Virus record (IMG/VR): IMGVR_UViG_3300016665_000368
Location: 1 to 34,851 of that record
Direction: 5' to 3' (one strand)
From: a virus
Taxonomy: Duplodnaviria > Caudoviricetes
DNA length: 34,851 bases
Below, piece by piece: positions 1-9,474 of the stretch. The position numbers were made by a program, and so were the translations under genes. How positions within the stretch are numbered: position 1 is the stretch's first letter; the number at the start of each line of letters is the position of its first letter. The notes under the pieces were generated by a model. That model saw nothing but the letters and a program-made list of their open reading frames with translations. It was not told the DNA's origin and searched no databases.

Positions 1-33
1 TCCCTTCTCGCTGTGCGTGCAGGGTTGGGGATA

Positions 34-245
34 TGTGGATAACCCTGTGGACAACCCCGGTCCTGTGGACAACCTTGTGTATAAACCTGTGGGCAACCGG
101 GCAACCTGTGGATGACCGAAGCCCTGTGGATGACGCTGTGCAAAACCTGTGGAAAAACAGGATCATCAAAAAAACCGGCAGGCTGTGGAAAACCTGCCGG
201 CTGTGGAAAACCAAACAACCGTCCGAACCTCTACTCTGTGGAAAA
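34..245 (-). promoter_or_regulatory. Array of 12 co-oriented DnaA-box-like 9-mers (left part of the junction-spanning array)
   Basis: TGTGGATAA 34, TGTGGACAA 46 and 64, TGTGTATAA 76, TGTGGGCAA 88, TGTGGATGA 107 and 125, TGTGCAAAA 137, TGTGGAAAA 148, 184, 202 and 237. These are reverse complements of TTWTNCACA or the actinobacterial TTGTCCACA, with at most 1 mismatch. Confidence 0.85.
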
Positions 246-267
246 CTCCCGACGAATCGAGGCACCT

Positions 268-693
268 ATGCCACCAGGCTCCAAACCGAAACCTCCTGGC
301 AAGTCCGACCAGCGTGAAACCGTTTTCAAATGGAACCTCGCCGAGCATGAAGGCTGGCAACACGGCAAAGTCCCACCCTGCCCGAAAGGGTTGTCAGCTC
401 ACGGCCAGAAGGCGTGGCGGACTTGGATGAACGCATGGTGGGCCTGCTTTTACACACCGGACGATCTGCCAGGGCTCGAGCTTCTCGCCTTGCTCTACGA
501 CAAAGTCCTCTTGGATCAGATCGACGTTTCGAAGATCACACCGCTCCTCGACCGGTACGGCATCACACCGAAGGCCCGTCAGGATTTACGCTGGGCTCAG
601 GTTCCGGCGAAACCTGCCGAACAGACCGTCTCCCCGAATCTTCAAGATGAAATTGCTGAGCGTCGCCAGCAACGTCGAAGCAATCTGGCCTGA
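268..693 (+). CDS. terS: Terminase small subunit
   Basis: ATG 268 with GAGG upstream (the ORF track start at 112 runs through the repeat array). MPPGSKPKP start, W..W motif and 'YGITPKARQDLRW' resemble actinophage TerS. Lies directly upstream of TerL. Confidence 0.75.
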   Translation: MPPGSKPKPPGKSDQRETVFKWNLAEHEGWQHGKVPPCPKGLSAHGQKAWRTWMNAWWACFYTPDDLPGLELLALLYDKVLLDQIDVSKITPLLDRYGITPKARQDLRWAQVPAKPAEQTVSPNLQDEIAERRQQRRSNLA

Positions 694-698
694 GTTCT

Positions 699-2324
699 AT
701 GCCTCTGACCCGACTTGTAGCGCCAGCAGAATGGCCGACCCTTGGCTGGCAGGTCATCGACTGGACAGAGCAGTACCTGTGTCACGGCCCTGGCGACATC
801 CAAGGCGAACCTCTGGTTTGGGACGAGGAGTTCTGCCAAATCATCCTCGACTGCTACCGGCTGTTTCCGAAAGGCCATGAGAACGAAGGCCGAAGGGTGG
901 TCTCCTATTTCGGCATTTCTATGCCGAAGGGTCGCGCCAAATCGGAGTTCGCCGGCGCTTTGGTTTGTGCGGAACTTCTTGGCCCTGTCCGTTTCGACGG
1001 TTGGGACGCCAATGGCGAACCGGTCGGAAAACCTGTCACCTATCCGTTCATCCGCCCACTGGCAACGGAGGAAGGCCAGACAGGCAACACCTACGGCAAC
1101 GTTCAAACGATGCTCGAGCACGCGCGCGAACTGTTCCCAACGGAATGGCAGTTCAATCAGCTCGACATCGGTTCGACGAGGACGCTTCTTGGGAAAGGTG
1201 GCCGGTTGGGTGAGGTTCGCCCTTCGACCGCCGGTGCCGCTTCTAAAGATGGTGGCAAGGAGTCGTTCGCTGTCGTCGACGAACCCCACCTCTACTACCT
1301 GCCGGAACTTCGCCAGATGCACGCCATGGTCCGACGAAACACTCGGAAGCGGAAGATTGCTCAGCCGTGGATGTTGGCGACGACAACGATGTTTCAACCC
1401 GGCCAGCATTCGGTCGCCGAGGATTTGTATGACGAGGCGGAGAAACTGATGGAGCAGCAGAAACGGTCGTTTGGTTTCTGCTGGCACCATCGCGAGGGTT
1501 CAATCACCGAAGATGTCTGGGATGACGATGTGGCCCAGTTGGCGTCTCTTCGAGAGGCGTATGGGCCGGCCGCTGATTGGATGGATTTGGCCGGAATGGT
1601 TGAGCATGAGATACGCGCGCCCGGATCGGTGAAAGCCGAGAATGCCAGGTATTTTCACAATCTTCGCTGGAAGGGTGAGCAGCGTGCCATTGACCCCGAC
1701 AAGTGGGACGCGTTGGCCGCTCCGTCTTTGAACCCTCAAGGTGGGGAGTTCATCGCTATCGGCTTCGACGGTTCGGATCGTGGCGAACACGCCGACGACA
1801 CTGTCCTTGTCGGCTGGGTTCTCACAGAGAAACCTCATTTGTTTTTGATCGATCGTTGGCGCCGTCCGGAGTTCGCCGGCCGTGAATATCGGGTTCCTCG
1901 CGAGGAGATCCGTGAGAAGGTTTCTGAGCTGCGCGAAACGTTCGAGGTTCGCCGGTTCGCTTGTGATCCTCCTGGTTGGCGTGAGGAGATTGATTCGTGG
2001 GACAAGGAGTTCGGCGAACGCTATGGGGAACCGGTTGTGGTGGAAGTGTTGACGAACCGTCCGACTCGAATGGGTCCGGCTATCGACCGGTTTCTCGAGG
2101 CGATTGACGAGCAGTCGTTCACTCATGACGGTTCGCCGGAATTGCGCGAGTATGCGTTGAATGCGTTGTTGACGAAATCGAAAGGTCGAACCGATCTACC
2201 AGCCGTGGCGAAGCCTACGATTGATGCAAAGATTGACGGTTTAGTAGCCGCCATACTCTCCTACGACGAGGTTGCCAAGATGTCCCCCGAACAGCCGGTC
2301 GCCCCGTTCGCGCTTCTCGCATGA
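699..2324 (+). CDS. terL: Terminase large subunit
   Basis: Walker A-like 'MPKGRAKSE', Walker B 'FAVVDEPH', nuclease 'IGFDGS..D.T' and C-terminal 'KIDGLVAA'. Confidence 0.95.
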   Translation: MPLTRLVAPAEWPTLGWQVIDWTEQYLCHGPGDIQGEPLVWDEEFCQIILDCYRLFPKGHENEGRRVVSYFGISMPKGRAKSEFAGALVCAELLGPVRFDGWDANGEPVGKPVTYPFIRPLATEEGQTGNTYGNVQTMLEHARELFPTEWQFNQLDIGSTRTLLGKGGRLGEVRPSTAGAASKDGGKESFAVVDEPHLYYLPELRQMHAMVRRNTRKRKIAQPWMLATTTMFQPGQHSVAEDLYDEAEKLMEQQKRSFGFCWHHREGSITEDVWDDDVAQLASLREAYGPAADWMDLAGMVEHEIRAPGSVKAENARYFHNLRWKGEQRAIDPDKWDALAAPSLNPQGGEFIAIGFDGSDRGEHADDTVLVGWVLTEKPHLFLIDRWRRPEFAGREYRVPREEIREKVSELRETFEVRRFACDPPGWREEIDSWDKEFGERYGEPVVVEVLTNRPTRMGPAIDRFLEAIDEQSFTHDGSPELREYALNALLTKSKGRTDLPAVAKPTIDAKIDGLVAAILSYDEVAKMSPEQPVAPFALLA

Positions 2325-2461
2325 AAACCGCTTTGATTTCTGTGATAGCCGGTTTGGTCTTTTTGACTGTCGGCCTCGCACTTTCCCCTGTTCCCTGGCT
2401 CGCATTCTGTGTCCCAGGTGTCGCACTGATAGCCGCCGGCCTTCTCAAGGATGTTGAATGA
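2321..2461 (+). CDS. Small two-TM membrane protein (46 aa, MKTALISVIAGLVFLTVG...)
   Basis: Not in the ORF track. ATGA overlaps with both terL and portal, and the sequence is hydrophobic throughout. Confidence 0.7.
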   Translation: MKTALISVIAGLVFLTVGLALSPVPWLAFCVPGVALIAAGLLKDVE

Positions 2462-3795
2462 GACTTCTAGACCGCCTCCGAAATGCCGGTGAACCCGAGC
2501 GCTCCTATTCGAACGGTTTGACTTTCGAAGATGTCCTCGCCATGTTCTCCTTCAACGGAAACATCTATCAGGGGATGGCGTCACCTCTTCGAGCTCCTGG
2601 GCAGGCGGTGTCAGCGAACTTCTCCGGGTATGTGCAGGGCGTCTACAACTCTTCCGGTGTTGTCGCCGGTGCGATCACTGCGCGCGCGTTGCTGATGTCG
2701 CAAATTCGTTTCCAGTGGCGTTCACTGCTTCAAGGCGAAACCGGCCGACTGTTCGGAAACACTGAACTCGCCGTCCTCGAGCGCCCCGGCGATCTCACCC
2801 GAGCCGAACTGCTTTACACAGCCGAGCAGCACAACAGCCTCGCCGGCAACGCGTTCTTCTACCGCAACGGGGGACAGTTAAAACTTCTCCGCCCCGATTG
2901 GGTGACGATTGTGTTTGGGTCACGCGAAGGCGACTTGGACCCCACCACCAGCCTCGACGCTGAACTTGTCGGCTACACCTACCAGCCCGGCGGTCCCACA
3001 GCGAAAACAGATCCGATCTTCCTGGCACCCTCACAGGTCGCCCACTGGAAACCGGAGCCGGACCCGATGTTCTGGTGGCGTGGCCAGTCATGGATCGGTT
3101 CGGTCCTCTCGGAAATCACCACCGACCGGCAGGCCACCGAATTCAAATCCAAGTTCTTCGCGAACGCCGCCACCCCCCAGCTCATCGTGACCCTCGACCC
3201 TCACACCACTCAGCAGCAGGCCACCGACGTCGCCGGTGTCATCAACCAACGCCACGAAGGTTCCGCCAACGCCTACAAAACTTTGGTTCTAGGTGGCGGT
3301 GCTGATGTCACTGTTGCCGGCTCAAACCTTCAACAACTCGACTTGAAAAACACTCAAGGCGTGGATGAAACCCGAATCGCTCTCCGCTCGAGGGTTCCGG
3401 CCACTGTCCTCGGCATTTCCGAAGGACTGGCAGGTTCAGCACTCAACGCCGGCAACTACTCACAAACTCGGCGCCTCTGGTCCGACGCCTGGTTCACCCC
3501 CACCGCCCAAAACCTTTGTGCATCCTTGGAACGAATCCTCGCCCTGCCGGTTGGGACTCCGGCGGAACTTTCCTTCGACCAATCCCAAATCATGTTCCTC
3601 CAAGAGGACCGCAAAGACGAAGCGGAGATTCGAGCCACACAGGCTTCTTCGATGCGGCAGCTTGTCGAAGCCGGCTACGAACCTTCGACGGTCACAAAGT
3701 TCATCGAAACCGGAGACTCGACAGTGTTAACGCACACAGGCGTCTTCAGTGTGCAGCTCCAAGCCCCAACCAACGGAGAGTCCGATGCCGTATGA
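2458..3795 (+). CDS. Portal protein, HK97 family
   Basis: 'LAGNAFFYR..LKLLRPDWV', 'KFFANAATP', 'VLGGGADV' and 'RVPATVLG' motifs; position after terL. Confidence 0.93.
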   Translation: MRLLDRLRNAGEPERSYSNGLTFEDVLAMFSFNGNIYQGMASPLRAPGQAVSANFSGYVQGVYNSSGVVAGAITARALLMSQIRFQWRSLLQGETGRLFGNTELAVLERPGDLTRAELLYTAEQHNSLAGNAFFYRNGGQLKLLRPDWVTIVFGSREGDLDPTTSLDAELVGYTYQPGGPTAKTDPIFLAPSQVAHWKPEPDPMFWWRGQSWIGSVLSEITTDRQATEFKSKFFANAATPQLIVTLDPHTTQQQATDVAGVINQRHEGSANAYKTLVLGGGADVTVAGSNLQQLDLKNTQGVDETRIALRSRVPATVLGISEGLAGSALNAGNYSQTRRLWSDAWFTPTAQNLCASLERILALPVGTPAELSFDQSQIMFLQEDRKDEAEIRATQASSMRQLVEAGYEPSTVTKFIETGDSTVLTHTGVFSVQLQAPTNGESDAV

Positions 3796-5341
3796 GGTAA
3801 CGGATGACGCCGAAGGCTGTGACGGCTACGCCGTAATCAAATCGGAAACCGGCGAAATCATGGGTTGCCATGTTTCCGAAGCCGAGGCCGAAGACCAACT
3901 GACCGCCCTGAACATCGCCGAATATGGTGACGAAGGCCGAGCCGCCGACTCCTACCCACCCTCCGATGGCATGGTCGAAGAAGCCCAACGTGGTTTGGAC
4001 TGGCGAAGCGAATACGGCCGAGGCGGAACCCAAATCGGTATCGCACGCGCACGCGACATCGTGAACCGACGTGACCTTCCCATCAACACTTGGCGTCGAA
4101 TCAAAGCCTATTTCGACCGTCACGAAATCGACAAACAAGGTCAAGGCTGGTCACCCGGCGAAGACGGCTACCCCTCCAACGGCCGCATCGCCTGGGCTTT
4201 ATGGGGCGGAGACGCCGGATGGAGTCGCGCTAAAGCCATTATGGAAGACGTAAACAACGACGAAAGGTCCGTCATGGACGTCAACGAAACCCGAGGCATC
4301 GAAGGCATCTACCCAGTGACGCCTCTTCAAAACAAACTCTACGAAGACCTCGAGGAAATCGTCGACATCTTCGGCAAGTTCGATCAGTCAACCGGTGCAG
4401 CTGGAGCGCATTACATCCCAGCCGAAGACAACGTCTTTGCCACCGAAGGAATCGCCTGTTCGAACTGCGCGTTCTATGAGGGACCGCGCGCGTGTGAAAT
4501 TGTTGATGGCGACATCGACCCGGCGGCAGCCTGTAAATTCTGGATCATTCCCGAATCTCTCCTTTCAACAGCCCCGGCCGAACTTGTCATCGAGGAAGAA
4601 CCCATGATTGAAATGGAATCGGCACGTTCCACCGAAACCCGAACCGACCTCTACCGTGACGTCCCCTTCGAGGTTCGTTCCGCCGAGGAAAGTGGCGACG
4701 GCCTCACCCTCACCGGCTACGCCGCCGTTTTCAACCGCTCCACCATGATCGACAACTGGGAAGGCCGCTTCGAAGAACGAATCCGCCCAGGAGCGTTCAA
4801 ACGGTCAATCAATGCGAAAATGCCGGTTCTGCAATTCGAACACGGCCGTCATCCTCTCCTCGGCTCCATGCCTCTCGGCCAGATCACGAAACTTCGTGAA
4901 GACGAACACGGCCTCTATGTCGAAGCCCGTCTCGCCGACAACTGGCTGATCCAACCGGTTCGCGACGCCATCGCCTCCGGAGCGATCGACGGAATGAGTT
5001 TTCGTTTTCAGGTTGTTCGAGACAGCGTCAACGAGGCCGGCGAGATTCCGGTGAGAACCCTTGAGGAAGTCAAACTTCTCGAGCTCGGCCCCGTAGTTTT
5101 CCCAGCATACGAAGCGACAAGTGTTGGCGTTCGCTCCGCTGATCTGTCACCATTGTTCTCACTGCCCCAGGATGATCGCCAAGCGATCGCCAGGGCACTT
5201 GTTCTCGGCACCCAACCAGAACCCGCCAGTGATGGCACTTCTGGGAGGCTCGCCGATTCGAAACCGGACTCGCCTACGCACTCCGGCCTCACCCCCATCC
5301 AACGCAGCGCAACGCTGCGCGAAATCGAAGGAGTCCTCTAA
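3785..5341 (+). CDS. Prohead maturation protease (HK97/S78 type) with ~290 aa N-terminal extension
   Basis: C-terminal half has 'LTGYAAVFN', 'IRPGAFK', 'FEHG', 'GMSFRF' and 'LLELGPVVFPAY'. ATG 3785 has GGAG upstream. Confidence 0.9.
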   Translation: MPYEVTDDAEGCDGYAVIKSETGEIMGCHVSEAEAEDQLTALNIAEYGDEGRAADSYPPSDGMVEEAQRGLDWRSEYGRGGTQIGIARARDIVNRRDLPINTWRRIKAYFDRHEIDKQGQGWSPGEDGYPSNGRIAWALWGGDAGWSRAKAIMEDVNNDERSVMDVNETRGIEGIYPVTPLQNKLYEDLEEIVDIFGKFDQSTGAAGAHYIPAEDNVFATEGIACSNCAFYEGPRACEIVDGDIDPAAACKFWIIPESLLSTAPAELVIEEEPMIEMESARSTETRTDLYRDVPFEVRSAEESGDGLTLTGYAAVFNRSTMIDNWEGRFEERIRPGAFKRSINAKMPVLQFEHGRHPLLGSMPLGQITKLREDEHGLYVEARLADNWLIQPVRDAIASGAIDGMSFRFQVVRDSVNEAGEIPVRTLEEVKLLELGPVVFPAYEATSVGVRSADLSPLFSLPQDDRQAIARALVLGTQPEPASDGTSGRLADSKPDSPTHSGLTPIQRSATLREIEGVL

Positions 5342-6744
5342 TGGACGAAAAGAACCTTCGTGAAGGCGTCGAGTACGTCAAGGCTGTCCTTCGCGAAATG
5401 CACGCGGACGCTGAAGAGCGTTCGTTTGACCCAGACGAGCAGGCTTCTTGGGAAGCCGGTGTCGAGTTTGTCCGCACCTCAGAGGCCGACCTGGTCGCCC
5501 TCGAGGAGCGCAAGGCTCGTATCGCCGACTTCGCACCGGCCGCAACCGAAACAGGAGACGGAGCAGTGACCTCCATTAACGTCAACACCCACACCGCACG
5601 CGACGCGTTCGACCACAGCACCCTTCCGCATGAGTCGGGCAGCGAGCTTCGTGGCCGTGCCCTCGACGTCATCGAAAAGCACCTCCCGTCCTTCGTCACC
5701 GACGAAGCACGCGAGAACGCGACGAAGATGCTTGAGAAGCGTTCCGGCGATCTGGACATCGTGGCACGCCACATCGTCCGCACGTCATCGCCTGAATACT
5801 TGGAGGCGTTCGAGGATTACTTCCGCGCACCCGGCGCCGGTGTCCCTCGCATCCTTTCCAACGCAGAGGCCCGTACCGCAATGTCGCTCACCGCGGCCAA
5901 CGGTGGCGTTCTTGTGCCACAGTTCCTTGACCCAACAATCGTTCTCACCAACGCCGGTTCCTCGAACCAGGTTCGTGAGATTTCGAATGTCACGTCAATC
6001 ACGACCGATCAGTGGGACGGGGTCACCTCCGCTGGTGTGTCGGCCGAATGGTTGGCAGAAGGAACCGAAGCAGCCGACGCCACGCCGACCTTCCAAGGTC
6101 CGACGATCAGCGTTCACAAGGCAGCAGCGTTTCTCTTCGGCTCATACGAAGTGATTGCCGACTCAGGCTTCAACGAGGTTGGCGCACTTATCGCCGACGC
6201 CCGTGACCGCCTCGAGGAAGCAGCGCACGTCAACGGCACCGGCTCAGGTCAGCCTTACGGTCTGATCACTCGCCTTTCCGGCACCGGTCCAGTCGTCAAC
6301 GGTGCTTCAGGTGCGGCAGGTGCAGCGACCCTCGTGGCGGCCGACGCCTACGCCCTCGACAACGCCCTCGGCGCACGTTTCCGTCGCAACGCCTCGTTCC
6401 TCGCGGCTCGTTCGACCTACAACCAGCTCCGTCAGGCAACCGATGCGAACACCAACTTCTGGGCCGCATTCGGTGGTGGCGTTCCCGCTCAAATGATCGG
6501 GTACAACACCTACAGCAACGAAGCAATGGACTCGACGATCGTTTCGGGCTCCAATGACTTCGTGCTCGTCCTGGGCGACTTCAGCAACTACAAGATCATC
6601 GACCGCGTTGGCGTCGAGATCATGTACCAGCCGATGGTCATGGGCGCCAACCAGCGTCCGACCGGACAGGCCGGCTGGTTCGCCTTCTGGCGCACCGGCG
6701 CAGACGTCCTCACCTCGAACGCCTTCAAGGTGCTCAAGGTCTGA
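5341..6744 (+). CDS. Major capsid protein, HK97 fold with N-terminal delta domain
   Basis: Coiled-coil N-terminus, 'NGGVLVP', 'EWLAEG', 'NGTGSGQPYGL', 'LGDFSNY.IIDR' and C-terminal 'AFKVLKV'. Confidence 0.95.
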   Translation: MDEKNLREGVEYVKAVLREMHADAEERSFDPDEQASWEAGVEFVRTSEADLVALEERKARIADFAPAATETGDGAVTSINVNTHTARDAFDHSTLPHESGSELRGRALDVIEKHLPSFVTDEARENATKMLEKRSGDLDIVARHIVRTSSPEYLEAFEDYFRAPGAGVPRILSNAEARTAMSLTAANGGVLVPQFLDPTIVLTNAGSSNQVREISNVTSITTDQWDGVTSAGVSAEWLAEGTEAADATPTFQGPTISVHKAAAFLFGSYEVIADSGFNEVGALIADARDRLEEAAHVNGTGSGQPYGLITRLSGTGPVVNGASGAAGAATLVAADAYALDNALGARFRRNASFLAARSTYNQLRQATDANTNFWAAFGGGVPAQMIGYNTYSNEAMDSTIVSGSNDFVLVLGDFSNYKIIDRVGVEIMYQPMVMGANQRPTGQAGWFAFWRTGADVLTSNAFKVLKV

Positions 6745-6763
6745 TCGTCTGACAAGAAGTGAG

Positions 6764-6797
6764 CCGGACCCACTAGCGTCGGGGCTAGTGGGTCCGG
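6764..6797 (+). terminator. Perfect 14-bp stem hairpin after the capsid gene
   Basis: CCGGACCCACTAGC (6764-6777) / GCTAGTGGGTCCGG (6784-6797), 6-nt loop, no U-tract. Confidence 0.6.
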
Positions 6798-6842
6798 TCC
6801 ACACCTCCCCGACATCCCCCGACATCCCGACAAGGAGCAACT

Positions 6843-8270
6843 GTGGCATCCATCCCGAAAGTCGCCATTGGTGTCATCTATGGCAGTTTCGAACCCGACT
6901 TTGTTTTCTCTCTTCTGGCGTTGAAGTCCTGGGACGACAAACACAACGGAGTCCTCGACCATCCAGGCTGGCTCATCGCTCAGGCAGGAACCAACCTGCC
7001 CCAGCAGCGAAACACCGTTGTCAAAGCATTCCTCGAAACCGAAGCCGACTGGCTTCTGTTCATCGACACCGACCAGCGTTTCGCGTTCAACCTCGTCGAC
7101 ACCATGCTCGAGTCCGCCGACCCTGTCGAACGGCCGATCCTGTCCGCTTTGGTCATGGCCGAAAAATTTCAGCCCCATCATCGGATCATCCCAGCCTGCA
7201 TCGGTTTCGAAAAACTTGACCCACCGACGCCACGCGAATATCTGACAATCCCAACAGAGCAGCACTGGCAGGTCGGAGCAGTCGGCTCCGGCTGTGTCCT
7301 CATCCACCGAACCGTCTTCCAAAAGATTTGGGCAGCGAACTCGAAAGACGCTCAGCCCTGGTTCAAATATGTCCAATGGGATTGGACCGACCCCGACACC
7401 GGCGAACTCGTCCACGACATCATGGGCGAAGACTATGTGTTCAGCCTGCGCGCGCAGGCGGTCGGGTTTCCTTGCACAGTCGACACCACCATCGAAGTCG
7501 GCCACATCAAAAAACGCACCCTCACCACTCGAGACTTCTGGCCTCAAATACCGCCGGAACTTGTGCCTACCAAAAACTTCGTGATCGTCCCCGTCAAAGA
7601 TCAGTTGAAAATGACGAAGGCGCTTCTACGGCAGCTGCACGATCAGGGCGAACACGACGGCATCCTTGTCCTAGACAATGGTTCGAACCCTGAGACTCGG
7701 AAGTGGTTGGGTTCCCAGACGTTTGCCAAGGTGTTGGACTGTGCCGGTATGGGTATCCATGAAATGTGGAACGCCGGCGCCCGATGGGCTCTCGGCCGTC
7801 ACCCCAAAGCCAACATCGCTTTTCTCAACAACGACATTGTGATCGGCGACAAGTTCATTTCAACAATGGCCGAAGCGCTCCGAAGCGACGAACATTTGGT
7901 TGCCGTATGCCCCAACTATGACGGCCGAGAAGCCGTCGAAAACCTTGTTCAGGTTCACGGCATTTGTGCCGACCGTTATGACGGCACCGGCGGTCTCGCC
8001 GGCTTCGCCTTCATGGTGAAGTCTGAATGGTTCCAACAGGGCTGGCAGTTCCCCGAAGATTGCAAATGGTGGTTCGGTGACAACGACCTCGTCCTCTCCA
8101 TTGATCTGGCTGGCGGATGGTATGGCATGGCAACCGGAACGACCGTCGAACACATTGACGGAGGCTCAAAAACCGGTGACTGGGACAATCCTGTGATGCA
8201 GCAGCAGCTCGCGAAAGACAAAGCCGCCTTCATGCGCCGCTGGGCACGGCATGGGGTGCAAGTCCAATGA
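6843..8270 (+). CDS. Two-domain GT-A (GT2-like) glycosyltransferase
   Basis: Domain 1: 'LLFIDTD', 'GSGCVLIHRTVF', 'GEDYVFSLRA', 'VGH'. Domain 2: 'VIVPVKD', 'VLDNGS', 'FLNNDI', 'WFGDNDL'. GTG start with AAGGAG upstream. Confidence 0.85.
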   Translation: MASIPKVAIGVIYGSFEPDFVFSLLALKSWDDKHNGVLDHPGWLIAQAGTNLPQQRNTVVKAFLETEADWLLFIDTDQRFAFNLVDTMLESADPVERPILSALVMAEKFQPHHRIIPACIGFEKLDPPTPREYLTIPTEQHWQVGAVGSGCVLIHRTVFQKIWAANSKDAQPWFKYVQWDWTDPDTGELVHDIMGEDYVFSLRAQAVGFPCTVDTTIEVGHIKKRTLTTRDFWPQIPPELVPTKNFVIVPVKDQLKMTKALLRQLHDQGEHDGILVLDNGSNPETRKWLGSQTFAKVLDCAGMGIHEMWNAGARWALGRHPKANIAFLNNDIVIGDKFISTMAEALRSDEHLVAVCPNYDGREAVENLVQVHGICADRYDGTGGLAGFAFMVKSEWFQQGWQFPEDCKWWFGDNDLVLSIDLAGGWYGMATGTTVEHIDGGSKTGDWDNPVMQQQLAKDKAAFMRRWARHGVQVQ

Positions 8271-8899
8271 AACCCAAACTCGCTTTGATGGTCATCACTG
8301 ACGGCCGCTGGGACTATCTGCAACGAACCCTCGAATCAGCAGCCATCGACCTCGACTGGCCTTGGCACCAAAAACTCCTTGTCGACGATTCCGGTGAGGA
8401 TGTCGGTTTCTGTCCAGCAAAGTTTGATTTCGTGAAGAACACGCCCCGGAAAGGGTTGGCCGGTGCAATCCAAACCGGCTGGGACGCCCTCGACTCCGAA
8501 GTCGACTACGTCTTCCACCTCGAAGACGACTTCATCTTCCCTCAAACAGTCGACCTCGAGCTCATGATCGAACTGCTCGAGTATGAACCGGACCTCGCCC
8601 AAATGGCTTTGCTCCGGCAGCCCTGGTCACGTCAAGAACAAATCGCCGGCGGCATTTACTGGATACAACCCGAACGATTCAAACAAAAAAACGGGTACGT
8701 CGAACAACGCCATCTTTTCACATTCAACCCATGCCTCTACCCTGCCTCGATCACGCGCGACTACAAGGCAGGTTTGGAGTCGGAACTAAGCCAACGCCTT
8801 CTCGCTGATGGTTGGAGTTTCGGCTATCTCGGGGAACTCGACGACGAACCCCGAACCATCCACATCGGGCTTCGACGGTCACGGAACTATCAACTATGA
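8267..8899 (+). CDS. GT-A (GT2-like) glycosyltransferase
   Basis: 'LLVDDS', 'YVFHLEDDF', 'FTFNPCLY' and 'IHIG'; ATGA overlap with the upstream gene. Confidence 0.75.
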   Translation: MKPKLALMVITDGRWDYLQRTLESAAIDLDWPWHQKLLVDDSGEDVGFCPAKFDFVKNTPRKGLAGAIQTGWDALDSEVDYVFHLEDDFIFPQTVDLELMIELLEYEPDLAQMALLRQPWSRQEQIAGGIYWIQPERFKQKNGYVEQRHLFTFNPCLYPASITRDYKAGLESELSQRLLADGWSFGYLGELDDEPRTIHIGLRRSRNYQL

Positions 8900-9474
8900 G
8901 TCCGGTGGTGGTTCTCTGTGCTGGCGGCCACGGCCAAGACATCGCCGCCATCTTGAAAGACGCCGGCCAGCCGTTCGCCGGATATTTGGATGATGAACTC
9001 GACGGCCCCGACATCCTCGGCCCCTGCATCGACCTCGAACTTTACGACCGGTATTTGATCGGCCACAACAGCTCAAGAATCCGAGAAGCATTAGACCGAC
9101 CGGCCGGAGCAGCGACAGCCATACATCCCTCAGCGGCCGTCCATTCGACGCTACAAGCCCTCCCAGGCGTGGTGGTAGGGCAACACACCACCATCGGCCC
9201 CAAAACCCGTTTAGGGCGCCACACACACATCAACGGAAACGTCTTCATCACACGCGCCCAAATAGGCGATTTCGTGACCATCGGACCAGGAACCACCGTT
9301 TGTGGTCACGTCACCATCGGAGCCGGCGCCCAGATCGGAGCCGGAGCCGTCATCTCCAACCTCGCCGAAATAGGGCCACGCGCCACAATCGGCGCCGGAA
9401 CCGTTGTTCTTCCCCGACAAAACATTCCACCCAACACCACATGGGTCGGAGTACCAGCAAGGCGAATCAAATGA
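8896..9474 (+). CDS. Sugar O/N-acetyltransferase, PglD/NeuD-like (left-handed beta-helix)
   Basis: 'AGGHG' N-terminal motif, 'GYLDD', 'AIHPSA', hexapeptide repeats (IGAGAQ IGAGAV, IGPRAT IGAGTV) and C-terminal 'VGVPAR'. ATG at 8896 overlaps the previous stop. Confidence 0.88.
   Translation: MSPVVVLCAGGHGQDIAAILKDAGQPFAGYLDDELDGPDILGPCIDLELYDRYLIGHNSSRIREALDRPAGAATAIHPSAAVHSTLQALPGVVVGQHTTIGPKTRLGRHTHINGNVFITRAQIGDFVTIGPGTTVCGHVTIGAGAQIGAGAVISNLAEIGPRATIGAGTVVLPRQNIPPNTTWVGVPARRIK

Noticed and set aside
34-245. CRISPR array or coding repeat (ORFs 33..317, 149..430 and the 112 start)
   Set aside because: Repeats are 9-mers separated by 2-27 nt with no repeat-spacer structure. The LWIT/LWKT/CGK peptides are just translations of DnaA boxes, and terS more plausibly starts at 268.
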